Source: Patescibacteria group bacterium
GTDB taxonomy: Bacteria; Patescibacteriota; Patescibacteriia; JAXHNJ01
DNA: 64,000 nucleotides
NCBI GenBank assembly: GCA_034520665.1
Contig: JAXHNJ010000002.1
Coordinates: 544,660 to 608,659, forward strand
Direction: 5' to 3'
Shown: in pieces, positions 8,893 through 18,908 of the stretch
Numbering within the stretch: the first letter of the stretch is position 1
Layout of the letters: the number at the start of each line of letters is the position of its first letter
Notes under the pieces: model-generated
Seen by the model: only the letters and a program-made list of their open reading frames with translations
What the model was told of the DNA's origin: nothing
Database searches by the model: none
Program-made: the position numbers and the translations under genes

Positions 8893-9252
8893 ATGGCAAA
8901 AATACAAATTGTTGAAAATAATTTTGAAAGACAGAAAGTTTTGAAAGTAGCTTTTCAAGAGGAGGGTAATAAGGTTAGTCTACCTTCTAATCTGTCTAGT
9001 GCTTGGACTGAGATTATGAATATAAATCTTCGGCCAGAATTGATAATTATCAGTTTAGAAAATAATAAACATAAGTTTATCCTTCGTTTGTTAGCTAAAA
9101 GTTTTCCCAATTTACCAGCTATTATTTTATACCGGATCAGAAATCAGTACCAAGATTTAGATCTTCAGGAAAACTGGCATCTATTTAAAATGCCTTTCAA
9201 TCCCATGTCTTTAGCTAAATGGGCTGGGAAAATTTTAACACGTGTACATTGA
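8893..9252 (+). CDS. Single-domain CheY-like receiver protein that lacks the phospho-acceptor Asp (possible pseudo-receiver)
   Basis: KIQIVENN..., ELIIISLENN (Ser where Asp is expected), PAIILY, KMPFNPMSL. These follow receiver-domain topology. Confidence 0.5.
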   Translation: MAKIQIVENNFERQKVLKVAFQEEGNKVSLPSNLSSAWTEIMNINLRPELIIISLENNKHKFILRLLAKSFPNLPAIILYRIRNQYQDLDLQENWHLFKMPFNPMSLAKWAGKILTRVH

Positions 9253-9350
9253 TTTATTTTTTAAAGCCTTCTTAAAATATAAGAAGGCTTTTTTACTTGA
9301 CGAAAGAGATTATTTTTATTAGAATAAACTATCTAACGTTATATTTTTTT

Positions 9351-11234
9351 ATGTCCAAAAAAGAAGAAAAATCTGAAAAAAAGTCTGACTCTGATTCCAA
9401 AGAGGAAGTAACCAAAGAAGAGAAAAAGACTATTGAATTGCCGGAAAAAATTACGGTTAAGAATTTAGCGGAAAAAATAAAAATGCCGGTAACTGAAGTT
9501 ATTGCTGAGTTGATGAAAAATGGAGTGCTAGCTTCTCAGAATGAAAGTATTGATTTTGAGACGGCTTCTATTATTGCTGATGAGATGGGTTTTGAGGCCA
9601 ATCAAGTGAAAAAGGCTGATAAAGTGGAAGAAAAAAAAGATGCTAAATTAGAAGAAGCTTTAGAGCAAAGCCAAGAAGAAAATTTGGTACTCCGCCCGCC
9701 AGTGGTGGTAGTTTTGGGTCATGTTGATCATGGCAAGACTCTGTTATTGGACGCTATTCGCGAAACTAAAGTCATTGATACGGAGCATGGTGGTATTACT
9801 CAACATATTGGGGCTTACCAAGTCAAAGAAAAAAGTCAGCTAATAACTTTTATTGATACACCTGGCCATGCTGCTTTTACAGCTATGCGTTCAAGAGGAG
9901 CTAAAATAGCTGATATCGCTATTTTGGTTATTGCGGCTGATGACAGTATCAAGCCCCAAACCAAAGAAGCTCTGCAAATTATTAAAGCGGCTAAGATCCC
10001 TTATATAATAGCTATTAATAAAATTGATAAGGCTGAAGCTGATGTCAATCGGGTGATGAAAGACCTGGCTGATCATGATTTACTGCCAGAAGAATGGGGT
10101 GGAGATACTATTACTGTAGAAGTTTCTGCTTTAGAAAAGAAAGGTTTGGATGACCTTTTATCCATGGTGCTTTTGGTTTATGATATGGAAAAAGATTATA
10201 TCAAAGCTGATCCCTCTGGTCAGGCTATAGGCTCAATTATTGAAAGTCATATTGACAAAGGTGAAGGACCAGTGGCCACGGTTTTAATTCATTCAGGTAC
10301 TTTAGAGGTAGGTAATGATGTGACAGTGGGTGATGTTTGGGGTCGTATTAAAGCCATGAAGGATTTTAAGGGTGGCGAAATCGAAAAAGCTAAACCTTCA
10401 ACGCCAGTTAAAATACTCGGTCTTAAAGGTTTGCCAGTAGTCGGGGATATAATTTCAGTAACCGAAGATTTAAAAGAGTTTAAAAAGAAAGCCAAACAAT
10501 ATCGCCATGACAAACATTTGATTAAACCAAGCGAGACAAGAATTGAAACCAAAAAGCAAAAAGACGAAGAGGAAGAAAAGACTGAAGAAAAAGAAGAAAA
10601 AAGAGAAGACAGTTTAAAATTAATACTGAAAGCCGATAACCTGGGCTCTCTGGAAGCAATTATGGAAAGCCTGAAAAAATATCAGCATGAAGAAGTAAGA
10701 CTGGTTGTGGTTTACAGTGGTCTGGGCAATATCACCGAAGCTGATATGTTAAAAGCTGAAGCTACCGGCGCTATAGTCCGTGGTTTTAATGTTTCCGCCA
10801 ATAAATCAGCAGAAAACCTGGCTCATGAAAAGGGAATGGAGTATAAAATTTATAAAGTTATTTACGAGCTTTTTGAAGAAATAAAATTAAAAATGGAAGA
10901 ACTTTTAAAGCCCACAATAGAAGAAAAATTAATAGGACGTATGAAAGTTTTAGCTGTATTCCGGACAGAGAAAAAATTAATGATTGTTGGCGGGCGGGTA
11001 ACTTACGGAAAATTTGAAACTGGCATGAAAGCTAAAGTTTTAAGAAACAAGGAGGAAATTGGACGAGGCAAAATTACAAAATTACAAATAGAAGACAAGG
11101 CAGTTAAAGAAGTAGAAAAAGGCCGAGAATGTGGTGTCACCTTTAAGGGTAAAGTAAAAATTGAGGAAAACGATACCATTGAGGTTTTTGAGGAGGAAAA
11201 AATATATAAAAAGATTAATATTAATAATGCCTAG
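9351..11234 (+). CDS. infB: Translation initiation factor IF-2 (short form)
   Basis: G-domain motifs [20 protein letters not shown] and NKIDK, plus C-terminal beta-barrel domains. The ORF opens at 9297, but MSKKEEK at 9351 is the likely start. Confidence 0.93.
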   Translation: MSKKEEKSEKKSDSDSKEEVTKEEKKTIELPEKITVKNLAEKIKMPVTEVIAELMKNGVLASQNESIDFETASIIADEMGFEANQVKKADKVEEKKDAKLEEALEQSQEENLVLRPPVVVVLGHVDHGKTLLLDAIRETKVIDTEHGGITQHIGAYQVKEKSQLITFIDTPGHAAFTAMRSRGAKIADIAILVIAADDSIKPQTKEALQIIKAAKIPYIIAINKIDKAEADVNRVMKDLADHDLLPEEWGGDTITVEVSALEKKGLDDLLSMVLLVYDMEKDYIKADPSGQAIGSIIESHIDKGEGPVATVLIHSGTLEVGNDVTVGDVWGRIKAMKDFKGGEIEKAKPSTPVKILGLKGLPVVGDIISVTEDLKEFKKKAKQYRHDKHLIKPSETRIETKKQKDEEEEKTEEKEEKREDSLKLILKADNLGSLEAIMESLKKYQHEEVRLVVVYSGLGNITEADMLKAEATGAIVRGFNVSANKSAENLAHEKGMEYKIYKVIYELFEEIKLKMEELLKPTIEEKLIGRMKVLAVFRTEKKLMIVGGRVTYGKFETGMKAKVLRNKEEIGRGKITKLQIEDKAVKEVEKGRECGVTFKGKVKIEENDTIEVFEEEKIYKKININNA

Positions 11235-11571
11235 TCGTCGTATAAAAAAAGTTAATGAACTTATACGTCAGGAATTATCTGATATAATCAGACAGGAAAT
11301 TGAATGGCCTGAGGGTTGTTTAGTGACTGTAAAAAAGGCAGATACTGCGGCTGATTTAGAGGAGACAAAAATAGGGGTTTCTGTGCTACCGACTGAAAAA
11401 AGAGATAAAATTTTAAACTTACTCAAAAAGAATATTTATCAAATTCAGCAGAGTTTAAACCATAAATTAGTCATGAGGGTAGTGCCTAAGCTTGATTTTT
11501 ATATTGATAAAAGTGAAGAAAAAGCCCAGCGCATAAACCATTTGCTTGACAAAGTAAGTAAAAAAAGATAA
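11227..11571 (+). CDS. rbfA: Ribosome-binding factor A
   Basis: [21 protein letters not shown]... RbfA KH-like fold. It overlaps the infB stop by 8 nt. Confidence 0.85.
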   Translation: MPSRRIKKVNELIRQELSDIIRQEIEWPEGCLVTVKKADTAADLEETKIGVSVLPTEKRDKILNLLKKNIYQIQQSLNHKLVMRVVPKLDFYIDKSEEKAQRINHLLDKVSKKR

Positions 11572-11597
11572 TATTGCTTGTTAAGTAATATTTTAAA

Positions 11598-12578
11598 ATG
11601 ACTGAAATAAAACAAAATTTTAACAAGCTTAATCAGTTAATATTATCTTCAGAGAAAATATTAGTTTCTACTCATGAAAAACCCGACGGAGACGCTATTG
11701 GCTCTATGCTTTCTTTGGCTTATTATTTTGAAGATATTAAACAAGAATATCTTTGTTTTACCGAAAATGAAATTATTGATAATTTTTATTTCCTGCCGGG
11801 AGTAGAAAGAATAAAAAATGAAATTAAAGAAATTAATGATTTTGATCTGATTATTTTTGTTGATGTCGGTGATGTAAAAAGGGCTGATATTTTTTCTTAC
11901 CTAAAAAAGGCTGATTTAAGACAAATAAAAATGGTTAATATAGACCATCATTATACGATTCTGGGTGATTATGCCTCTGATTTTGATTTAAATATTATTA
12001 ATTTAGAAGTTTCCTCTGTTTCTGAAATTATATATTATTTTTTTGATTATATCGGAGCCGAAAATAATAAAGAAAAGGCCACTAATTTATTGACCGGCAT
12101 ACTAACAGATACGGGCTGTTTTTCTAATTTGGGTACTACGGTAAACTCTTTTTCAGTAGCGGCTAATCTTCTTAATAAAGGAGCTAATTTAAAAAAGATT
12201 TGTGATAAAACTATGAAAAAAAATAATATTATTACTTTCCGACTTTGGGGAAGAGCTTTATCAAGACTGAAAAAAAATAAAAAGACCGGCGTAGTCACTT
12301 CTATTATTACCCAAAAAGATCTAAAAGAATGCGGTGCTAGCTCGGACTCAACCGAAGGTATTAGTAATTTTTTAAATTCATTAGCTGAAGCCAAGTTCAC
12401 TCTTTTGTTAAAAGAGGAAGAGGAGGGTCTGATTAAGGGCTCTCTGCGCACGACCAGAAATGATGTGGATGTTTCTAAGGTAGCGGCTCATTTTGGCGGC
12501 GGCGGCCACAAAAAAGCAGCCGGTTTTTCGGTTAAAGGTAAATTAGTCGAAACTAAGGATGGTTGGAAAATAAAATAA
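11598..12578 (+). CDS. nrnA: DHH/DHHA1 phosphoesterase NrnA (nanoRNase/pAp phosphatase)
   Basis: DGDAIGS (DHH motif 1), FVDVGD, NIDHH and a C-terminal GGGGHKKAAG (DHHA1) motif. It sits in a conserved position after rbfA. Confidence 0.85.
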   Translation: MTEIKQNFNKLNQLILSSEKILVSTHEKPDGDAIGSMLSLAYYFEDIKQEYLCFTENEIIDNFYFLPGVERIKNEIKEINDFDLIIFVDVGDVKRADIFSYLKKADLRQIKMVNIDHHYTILGDYASDFDLNIINLEVSSVSEIIYYFFDYIGAENNKEKATNLLTGILTDTGCFSNLGTTVNSFSVAANLLNKGANLKKICDKTMKKNNIITFRLWGRALSRLKKNKKTGVVTSIITQKDLKECGASSDSTEGISNFLNSLAEAKFTLLLKEEEEGLIKGSLRTTRNDVDVSKVAAHFGGGGHKKAAGFSVKGKLVETKDGWKIK

Positions 12579-12644
12579 GTCTTTTTAATTTGATATTTAG
12601 ACCCTAATAAGTTATAATAATTAAACCATTAATCCTTATTATTT

Positions 12645-13244
12645 ATGAGTGATATAAAAGACCAAACCTTAATTCCGATGGTTGTGGAAAAATCAGCCCG
12701 CGGAGAAAGAGCTTATGATATTTATTCACGTCTTTTAAAAGAAAGAATAATATTTTTGGGTTCAGCCATTTCTGATCCCTTGGCTAATAATATTATCGCT
12801 CAGCTTTTGTTTTTAGAAAGCGAAGATAAAGATAAAGATATTAAACTCTATATAAATACCCCGGGCGGTTCAGTCACGGCTGGCATGGCTATTTATGACA
12901 CTATGCAGTATGTTAAGCCTGACGTCACTACTATTTGTGTCGGCTTAGCGGCTTCTATGGGGGCAGTGCTTTTATCAGCTGGTAAAAAAGGTAAAAGATT
13001 GGCTCTACCTAATTCAGAAGTTCTACTGCATCAGGTTATGGGAGAAGCCGGCGGACAAGCTACTGATATTAAAATTAGAGCCGAGCATATTTTAAATATT
13101 AAAGAACGGCTTAACAAAATACTTTCTTCTCATACCGGCCAATCATTAAAAAAGATAGAAAAAGATACCGACCGCGATTTTTTTATGTCAGTTAGTGAGG
13201 CCAAAAAATATGGCTTGATTGATAAGATAATCAGGCGAAAATAA
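12645..13244 (+). CDS. clpP: ATP-dependent Clp protease proteolytic subunit
   Basis: [11 protein letters not shown] with the catalytic Ser, plus the His and Asp context. The sequence is a full-length ClpP. Confidence 0.95.
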   Translation: MSDIKDQTLIPMVVEKSARGERAYDIYSRLLKERIIFLGSAISDPLANNIIAQLLFLESEDKDKDIKLYINTPGGSVTAGMAIYDTMQYVKPDVTTICVGLAASMGAVLLSAGKKGKRLALPNSEVLLHQVMGEAGGQATDIKIRAEHILNIKERLNKILSSHTGQSLKKIEKDTDRDFFMSVSEAKKYGLIDKIIRRK

Positions 13245-13487
13245 TAAATAAAACAGCCTAATAATAAAGGGTTAAGGGGCTGTTTTTTGTTTGAAATAAT
13301 AAGATATTGACTAATTTTTGCTCAAATCTTGCCAACTTATGAAATTTATGTTATTATTGTTTAAGCTAATTAATCAATAATTTCATGATAATTCATAAAA
13401 TAATAAGAATCGCCAAAAAGGTGTTTTCAAAAGGGCAAGTTTTTGCTTTTTTTGTACTTGAATTTTATGGATTGAGGAACCAAACAT

Positions 13488-15014
13488 ATGACAACTTCAA
13501 TTTGGATCATACTTTTAGCTGTCGGTATTCCAGGAGGTATTTTAGCCGGCTACTTTGCCCGCAAATTTTGGGCTATACGCGAATCCAGCACAGCCGAATC
13601 AAAGGCTAAAAAGTTAATTGATCAAGCAAAATCAAAACAAAAAGAAATCCTTATCAAAGCCAAGGATAAATCTCTTAAGGTAATTGATGAGGCTAAAAAA
13701 GAAGTCCAGGAAAGAAGGAGCGAAATTAAGCATCAACAAAACCGTCTTGAAAAAAGAGAGGCGCTTTTTGATCAGAAAATTCTTGATTTGGAAGATAAGC
13801 AGCAAAGATTGATTGATAAAGCCGGTAAGCTGGAAAAAATTAAAGGAAAAATACAGGAAATAAAAGATGAACAAATAGAAAAATTACAGAAGATTGCGGA
13901 ACTTTCAAAAGACGAAGCTAAAAAAGTTTTGTTGGAAAATACTGAGAATAGGATGAAAGACGAAATTTTAGCTCGTATCAGAAAGTTACAAAGTCAAGGT
14001 CAGGAAAAATTAGAAAAAGAAGCTCATAATATTCTCTCGGCGGTTATCCAGAGGATTGCTTCTTCTCATGTTTCGGAAACCACCACTACGGTAGTTAATC
14101 TTCCCTCGGATGATATGAAGGGAAGGATAATCGGACGGGAAGGCCGCAATATCAAAACTATTGAAAGATTAACTGGTGTAGAAATTATTGTTGACGACAC
14201 TCCGGAAGCTATTGTTATTTCTGGCTTTAATCCAATTAGGCGTCATCTGGCCAAGCGCGCTTTGGATAAACTAATTGCTGACGGACGGATTCATCCGGGC
14301 CGCATTGAAAAAACTATTGAAAAAGCTAAAAAAGAATTAGCGGCTGATATTAGAAAAGCTGGTGAAGAAGCCGCTTATAAAGTGGGTGTAGCCGGACTTG
14401 ATCCTAAATTAGTTAAAATTTTAGGTCGTTTAAAATACCGCACTTCCTACGGACAAAATGTACTGCAGCACTCTATTGAAGTCTCTGAAGTAGCGGCTCT
14501 TTTAGCCAAAGAGTTGGAAGCAGACGCCAGTATTTGTAAAAAAGCGGGGTTATTGCATGATATCGGTAAAGCGGTTGATCATGAAATACAAGGGGGTCAT
14601 CCGGAAATAGGCTATGATATTATTAAAAAATTTGGTTTATCAGAAGAGATTGCCTACGCGGCTAAAGCTCATCATGATGATAACCCGAAAACCTTGGAAG
14701 CCATTATTGTTAAAGTGGCTGATGCTATTTCCGGCGGACGGCCAGGAGCTCGCAAAGACACCTATGAAAATTATTTACAGAGATTAGAAGAACTGGAAAA
14801 CGTAGCCAAGTCTTTTGAAGGAGTAGAAAAATCATACGCTGTTCAAGCCGGTCGGGAAATCAGAGTTTTTGTGATGCCTAATGAAGTGGACGATTATAAA
14901 GCTACAAAAATGGCGGCTGAAATTGCTAAAAAGGTAGAAGATGAGCTGCGTTATCCCGGTGAGATTAAGGTTAATGTTATTCGGGAAAAGCGAGTGATTG
15001 AGTACGCGCGGTAA
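13488..15014 (+). CDS. rny: Ribonuclease Y
   Basis: N-terminal TM helix, coiled coil, KH domain GRIIGREGRNI and HD domain HSIEV...HDIGK. Confidence 0.95.
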   Translation: MTTSIWIILLAVGIPGGILAGYFARKFWAIRESSTAESKAKKLIDQAKSKQKEILIKAKDKSLKVIDEAKKEVQERRSEIKHQQNRLEKREALFDQKILDLEDKQQRLIDKAGKLEKIKGKIQEIKDEQIEKLQKIAELSKDEAKKVLLENTENRMKDEILARIRKLQSQGQEKLEKEAHNILSAVIQRIASSHVSETTTTVVNLPSDDMKGRIIGREGRNIKTIERLTGVEIIVDDTPEAIVISGFNPIRRHLAKRALDKLIADGRIHPGRIEKTIEKAKKELAADIRKAGEEAAYKVGVAGLDPKLVKILGRLKYRTSYGQNVLQHSIEVSEVAALLAKELEADASICKKAGLLHDIGKAVDHEIQGGHPEIGYDIIKKFGLSEEIAYAAKAHHDDNPKTLEAIIVKVADAISGGRPGARKDTYENYLQRLEELENVAKSFEGVEKSYAVQAGREIRVFVMPNEVDDYKATKMAAEIAKKVEDELRYPGEIKVNVIREKRVIEYAR

Positions 15015-15081
15015 GTTAGTTAGTGAGTAGTTGAATAGTTAGTCATTTAGTTGGTTATTAGTCAATTAAGTTAATAAAATT

Positions 15082-15879
15082 ATGAAATTAAAAATAGTTT
15101 TCTTTGGTGATATTATCGGCAAACCCGGACGGCTAGCCTTAAAAAAATTATTGCCGGAATTAAAAAAAGAGCTGAAACCGCATTTAATAGTGGCTAATGC
15201 GGAAAATTTAGCTCATGGAGTGGGTATTACAGCTAAGACTTTGGAAGAAATGAAAGAAGCCGGCGTTGATTTTTTTACCAGCGGTAACCATATTTTTGAT
15301 AAAAAGGAAGCCGAAGAATTATTAGATTTAAAAGAGATTAATGTTATTCGGCCGGCTAATTATCCGCCTGAGACACCGGGTCCGGAAGCCAAAATCCTAG
15401 ATATTGAAGGAAATAAGGTACTTATGGTAAACTTAATGGGCCGGGTCTTCATGAAGGAAGACTTTGACTGCCCTTTTCGTAAATTTGATCAGGTTTATAA
15501 AAAGTATAAAAAAGAAGAAGCAATTATTATAGTAGATTTTCACGCCGAGGCTACTTCGGAAAAAATAGCCTTTGGTCATTTTACAGATGGACGGGCTACG
15601 GCTGTGGTCGGGACTCACACTCATGTGCCAACAGCTGATAATCAAATTTTAAAAGAAGGCACTGGTTATATTTCCGACATTGGTATGGTTGGGGTTAAAA
15701 GTAGTGTTATCGGAGTGGATAAGGAAAACGTCATCAAAATGTTTAAAAGCCAAAGGCCTCTGCGCCATGAAATACCGGAAGATAAGGAAATTCAGGTTAA
15801 TGCAGTTTATCTGGAAATTGACACCAAAAGCAAAAAAGTCAAGAAAATCGAGCGAGTAGATAAATTTATTAAAATTTAA
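15082..15879 (+). CDS. ymdB: YmdB-like metallophosphoesterase (2',3'-cyclic-nucleotide phosphodiesterase family)
   Basis: FFGDIIGKPGR, ANAENLAHG and GNH motifs. It keeps the conserved synteny after rny. Confidence 0.85.
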   Translation: MKLKIVFFGDIIGKPGRLALKKLLPELKKELKPHLIVANAENLAHGVGITAKTLEEMKEAGVDFFTSGNHIFDKKEAEELLDLKEINVIRPANYPPETPGPEAKILDIEGNKVLMVNLMGRVFMKEDFDCPFRKFDQVYKKYKKEEAIIIVDFHAEATSEKIAFGHFTDGRATAVVGTHTHVPTADNQILKEGTGYISDIGMVGVKSSVIGVDKENVIKMFKSQRPLRHEIPEDKEIQVNAVYLEIDTKSKKVKKIERVDKFIKI

Positions 15880-15908
15880 ATATAATTAACAAAGGAGATA
15901 TAAAAAAT

Positions 15909-16238
15909 ATGAATAAAGCAAAGCTTTGCGAAAAATTAGCCGAAAGAGTTGGTATAACCAAAAAACAGTGTGAAGATGTAATGGATACTTTTGAGGAAAT
16001 TACTATTGAAGAGCTGAAAAAAGGTGAAACAGTCACTTTAACCGGTTTTGGCACTTTTCGCGCTCGCAAAAGAGAATCCCGCATGGGAGTTAACCCGCAA
16101 AATCCTTCCGAGAAAATTCGTATTCCGACCGTGATTGTACCCAAGTTCAAGGCTGGTAAAAAACTGAAAGATTCTCTTAAAGAAGAAAGTCCTGAAGAAA
16201 ATTCTGAAGAAACTCCGTCATCTCCAGAGCAGGAATAA
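15909..16238 (+). CDS. hup: HU family nucleoid DNA-binding protein with an acidic C-terminal tail
   Basis: GFGTFRARKRESRMGVNPQNPSEKIRIP arm motif. A good RBS AAAGGAG precedes it. Confidence 0.9.
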   Translation: MNKAKLCEKLAERVGITKKQCEDVMDTFEEITIEELKKGETVTLTGFGTFRARKRESRMGVNPQNPSEKIRIPTVIVPKFKAGKKLKDSLKEESPEENSEETPSSPEQE

Positions 16239-16267
16239 ATATAGATTTAAAAAAGCATAATAAAAAA

Positions 16268-16298
16268 TCCTCTTTATAAAATAAAGGGGGTTTTTTTA
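16268..16298 (+). terminator. Rho-independent terminator after hup
   Basis: CCTCTTTAT...ATAAAGGGGG hairpin followed by TTTTTTT. Confidence 0.5.
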
Positions 16299-16877
16299 TA
16301 AGCGTTGAAAACGTCTAATCGCTTCGCTTGTTGAAGGTGTTCAAGACGCCTTAATATTATTAGAGAATTTTTATCAATTCGTCACGGCTCGGAGCAAACG
16401 GAGCGGAAAAATTTCACTAAAACATTCACAAAGATCTTTCCTCTATAATAGTGGCGTAAAGAAAATAGACCGGACTAAAGTCCGTATGAAAATAATATTT
16501 TCTTTTTTCCTAGCCACTTTCCTGCCCGACAACGGCTTCGCCGTTAGGCGAAGACAGGCGGGAGTGGCGTACTCATGAAATAGAAAATAAGGTTATACCG
16601 ACGCCCCCCTTTTACCACTTCGTCCGATCATTAAAGAGTAGATGTCAGTCGCGACTGACATCTACGGATAGCAGGCCGCATGGAGAAATCCTGTTAAATT
16701 AACCATAAGGTTCTCTCCACTTGGGTCGAGAGGGGATAGTAATGGTTAAACCTTGTCGGCAAACTTTTTTTAGTAAAAGCTCCAAAGGAAAACTTCGCCC
16801 TAAATTATGAAAGGAAAATAGCTGGTTTGCCGTAGGCGCGGATAAAGGCTTGACCCCTTCTTTTCACAAAAGGCGAT

Positions 16878-16909
16878 GGCTTGACCCAGGCTAACTTTAG
16901 CGCTAGAGT
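16878..16909 (+). promoter_or_regulatory. Repeated promoter-like element, copy A: TTGACC-17-TAGAGT
   Basis: GGCTTGACCCAGGCTAACTTTAGCGCTAGAGT. The 28-nt core is near-identical to copy B at 17556-17587. It lies 30 nt upstream of the 16938 gene. Confidence 0.45.
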
Positions 16910-16937
16910 AAAAGAGAAATAATATTCTAAAAATATT

Positions 16938-17498
16938 ATGAATAGAGAAAGAGAAAAAGGAATTGATTTTGAAAAGCAACAAAGGCTTTTTGAAATAGAA
17001 AAAGAAGTGGCAGAGATGGAAGATAATCTGGGCAAAGAAATAGATCCGGGTATCCGCGAAACTTTGGTTTCTGTTAAAGCCCACGATTTACCGACTTCTC
17101 AGTCCTGCGAAGGCCATAATCATCGGGGCGAAGCTTTGCCCTGGATCCAGATAGAAAATCCAGCCCCGGCTGGTTGGGAGGAAGATGATAATAAAAAAGA
17201 GCTTTGGTGCCGGTGGAATAAAAGGGATGCCGATAAATTACAGATTTTATTAGATGAATGGTATGAGGAAAGAAATAAACAGGGGCAAGAAGTTCGAGAT
17301 AAACTAAAATTAGATTTAATGCCAATAAGCCAGTATCAAGCGGTCAGGCTAGAGCCAAAAGCCCAAGCTGAAATTTCCGGTAAAGGCAAAGTTACCAAAA
17401 AAATGAAAAAAGAAAGGGAAAAACAAGACCTTGAGCCTTATAAAAAAGAGATGAAGGATTTTGGGCAGTGGTTAAGAAATAAGTTTTTAGAAGAATAA
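16938..17498 (+). CDS. Hypothetical protein with elevated GC relative to its neighbours
   Basis: 186-aa ORF with no recognisable domain. Its codon usage is more GC-rich than the flanks. Confidence 0.55.
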   Translation: MNREREKGIDFEKQQRLFEIEKEVAEMEDNLGKEIDPGIRETLVSVKAHDLPTSQSCEGHNHRGEALPWIQIENPAPAGWEEDDNKKELWCRWNKRDADKLQILLDEWYEERNKQGQEVRDKLKLDLMPISQYQAVRLEPKAQAEISGKGKVTKKMKKEREKQDLEPYKKEMKDFGQWLRNKFLEE

Positions 17499-17555
17499 TA
17501 TTACACGGCTTTTTAAGGCGGTTTTTGTTTGCTTGCAAGCCGTAGCCTTGGCGAA

Positions 17556-17587
17556 GGCTTGACCCATGCTAACTTTAGCGCTAAACT
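17556..17587 (+). promoter_or_regulatory. Repeated promoter-like element, copy B: TTGACC-17-TAAACT
   Basis: GGCTTGACCCATGCTAACTTTAGCGCTAAACT, about 60 nt upstream of the 17645 gene. Confidence 0.45.
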
Positions 17588-17644
17588 AAAGGGGGTTTAT
17601 TTTTAGCTTTAAACTAAAAAATACTAATTATTAATTCTAATTAA

Positions 17645-17998
17645 ATGGCAATTTTCGACAAATTAAAATCAATAGGAAGTGTTTTAAAAGAGGCAAATAA
17701 AATTGAAGAGTATAAACAAATTATTGAAATTCAACAAGAGTTATTAAATCTTACACAAAAAAATGCGAGTCTAATTGATAAAAATAAAAACTTAAAAGAA
17801 AAACTAAAGCTTAAAGAAAAAATAGTATTTGAATACGACTCTTATTGGACAGTGGAAGAAGGAAGTAAAAAGGGCCCTTACTGTACTGCCTGCTGGGATA
17901 ATAAAAATAAATTAATCAGGTTACAAAGTTCTAAAACTGGATATCGTCGTTGCCCTATTTGTGACAATGTTTTTAATGTTGGTTTTCCAAATCGATAA
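17645..17998 (+). CDS. Hypothetical coiled-coil protein with a C-terminal CxxC...CxxC zinc ribbon
   Basis: CTACWDN...CPICDN motif pair at the C-terminus. Confidence 0.55.
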   Translation: MAIFDKLKSIGSVLKEANKIEEYKQIIEIQQELLNLTQKNASLIDKNKNLKEKLKLKEKIVFEYDSYWTVEEGSKKGPYCTACWDNKNKLIRLQSSKTGYRRCPICDNVFNVGFPNR

Positions 17999-18155
17999 AA
18001 TTAAATTAAAAATTACAATCATCTAGTAAAGCGAGAAAATAAATATGTCTTTAGAAAAAATATATAGTAATTTTATTTTTTATAATATACAGTAGCTTAA
18101 TAACTATTTTAAAAGTAATAAATGGTTAATTGAGTTATTAGCTTTAATTTATGTT

Positions 18156-18527
18156 GTGCAAACATTTTTTTATTCAGCAGATATTGAGAATTTTGATAAT
18201 AATATACTTTCAGCCTTAAAAATTATTTTTTGGATAATTATATTATTAATTTCTTTTTTATTATATATAAAATCCGAAATCTCTATTAGTAGAAAAGAGG
18301 ATAGTTTTAAGACCCCGTTATTGCGAGGGCCGATATTTGTTAAATATGTGTTAAGGGGAATATTTTTTATTATATTTTATACAACCTTAAAATTAGTATG
18401 GGCACAATTAAAAATTAATTATAATAATCATTTTTTAGTATTTTTATGGGTAACTCCAGGCTTTTTATTAATAATTGAGTTTGTAAAATATATTATAAGA
18501 GTAATTAAAAAATATATAAAAAAATAA
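18156..18527 (+). CDS. Small hypothetical membrane protein
   Basis: Two to three hydrophobic helices. Confidence 0.45.
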   Translation: MQTFFYSADIENFDNNILSALKIIFWIIILLISFLLYIKSEISISRKEDSFKTPLLRGPIFVKYVLRGIFFIIFYTTLKLVWAQLKINYNNHFLVFLWVTPGFLLIIEFVKYIIRVIKKYIKK

Positions 18528-18554
18528 AACCTTATCCAGAATTTTTAAAAACAT

Positions 18555-18776
18555 ATGAACCAAGAAGAATTTAGAAAAATTACTCAGGAATATGTAGAAT
18601 TTGAAAAAAAATATAGTGATTGGGTGAGAAATAATGTACCAACATCATGGAGTAATAGGGGTGTCAAAAAGGTAGTTCCAATAACAAAAGAAGTATTAGA
18701 TGAATGGACGAAAATGAAAAGCGTGTTAGAAGAAAAAGAAAAAAAGTTCCATGATGCTGCCTCTGAATTTATTTAA
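18555..18776 (+). CDS. Hypothetical small protein
   Basis: 73-aa ORF in a co-directional cluster. Confidence 0.4.
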   Translation: MNQEEFRKITQEYVEFEKKYSDWVRNNVPTSWSNRGVKKVVPITKEVLDEWTKMKSVLEEKEKKFHDAASEFI

Positions 18777-18908
18777 ACTAGATAAATAGTTTATTATTTA
18801 TATATAAACATGAATTTTTTTATGAGTTTATTTTTGTATTTATGTGAAAAAATATAACTAATTACTAATTATACTAAATATACTAAACTTATTAAGTACT
18901 AATTTTAT

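Noticed and set aside
8611-8958. 115-aa minus-strand ORF in the gap before the receiver gene
   Set aside because: Low-complexity Phe/Leu/Lys-rich translation on the opposite strand to all flanking genes. It overlaps a better-supported promoter, non-coding and terminator arrangement on the plus strand.
13385-13609. 74-aa ORF overlapping the rny start
   Set aside because: RNase Y begins at 13488 with a canonical N-terminal TM helix and an upstream GAGGAA. The overlapping frame has no support.
16800-17325. Minus-strand ORFs (16800-17084, 16805-17035, 17074-17325) in and beside the structured non-coding region
   Set aside because: They are antisense to the co-directional gene cluster and have low-complexity translations. 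The region is better explained as ncRNA or promoter DNA and the plus-strand 16938 gene.
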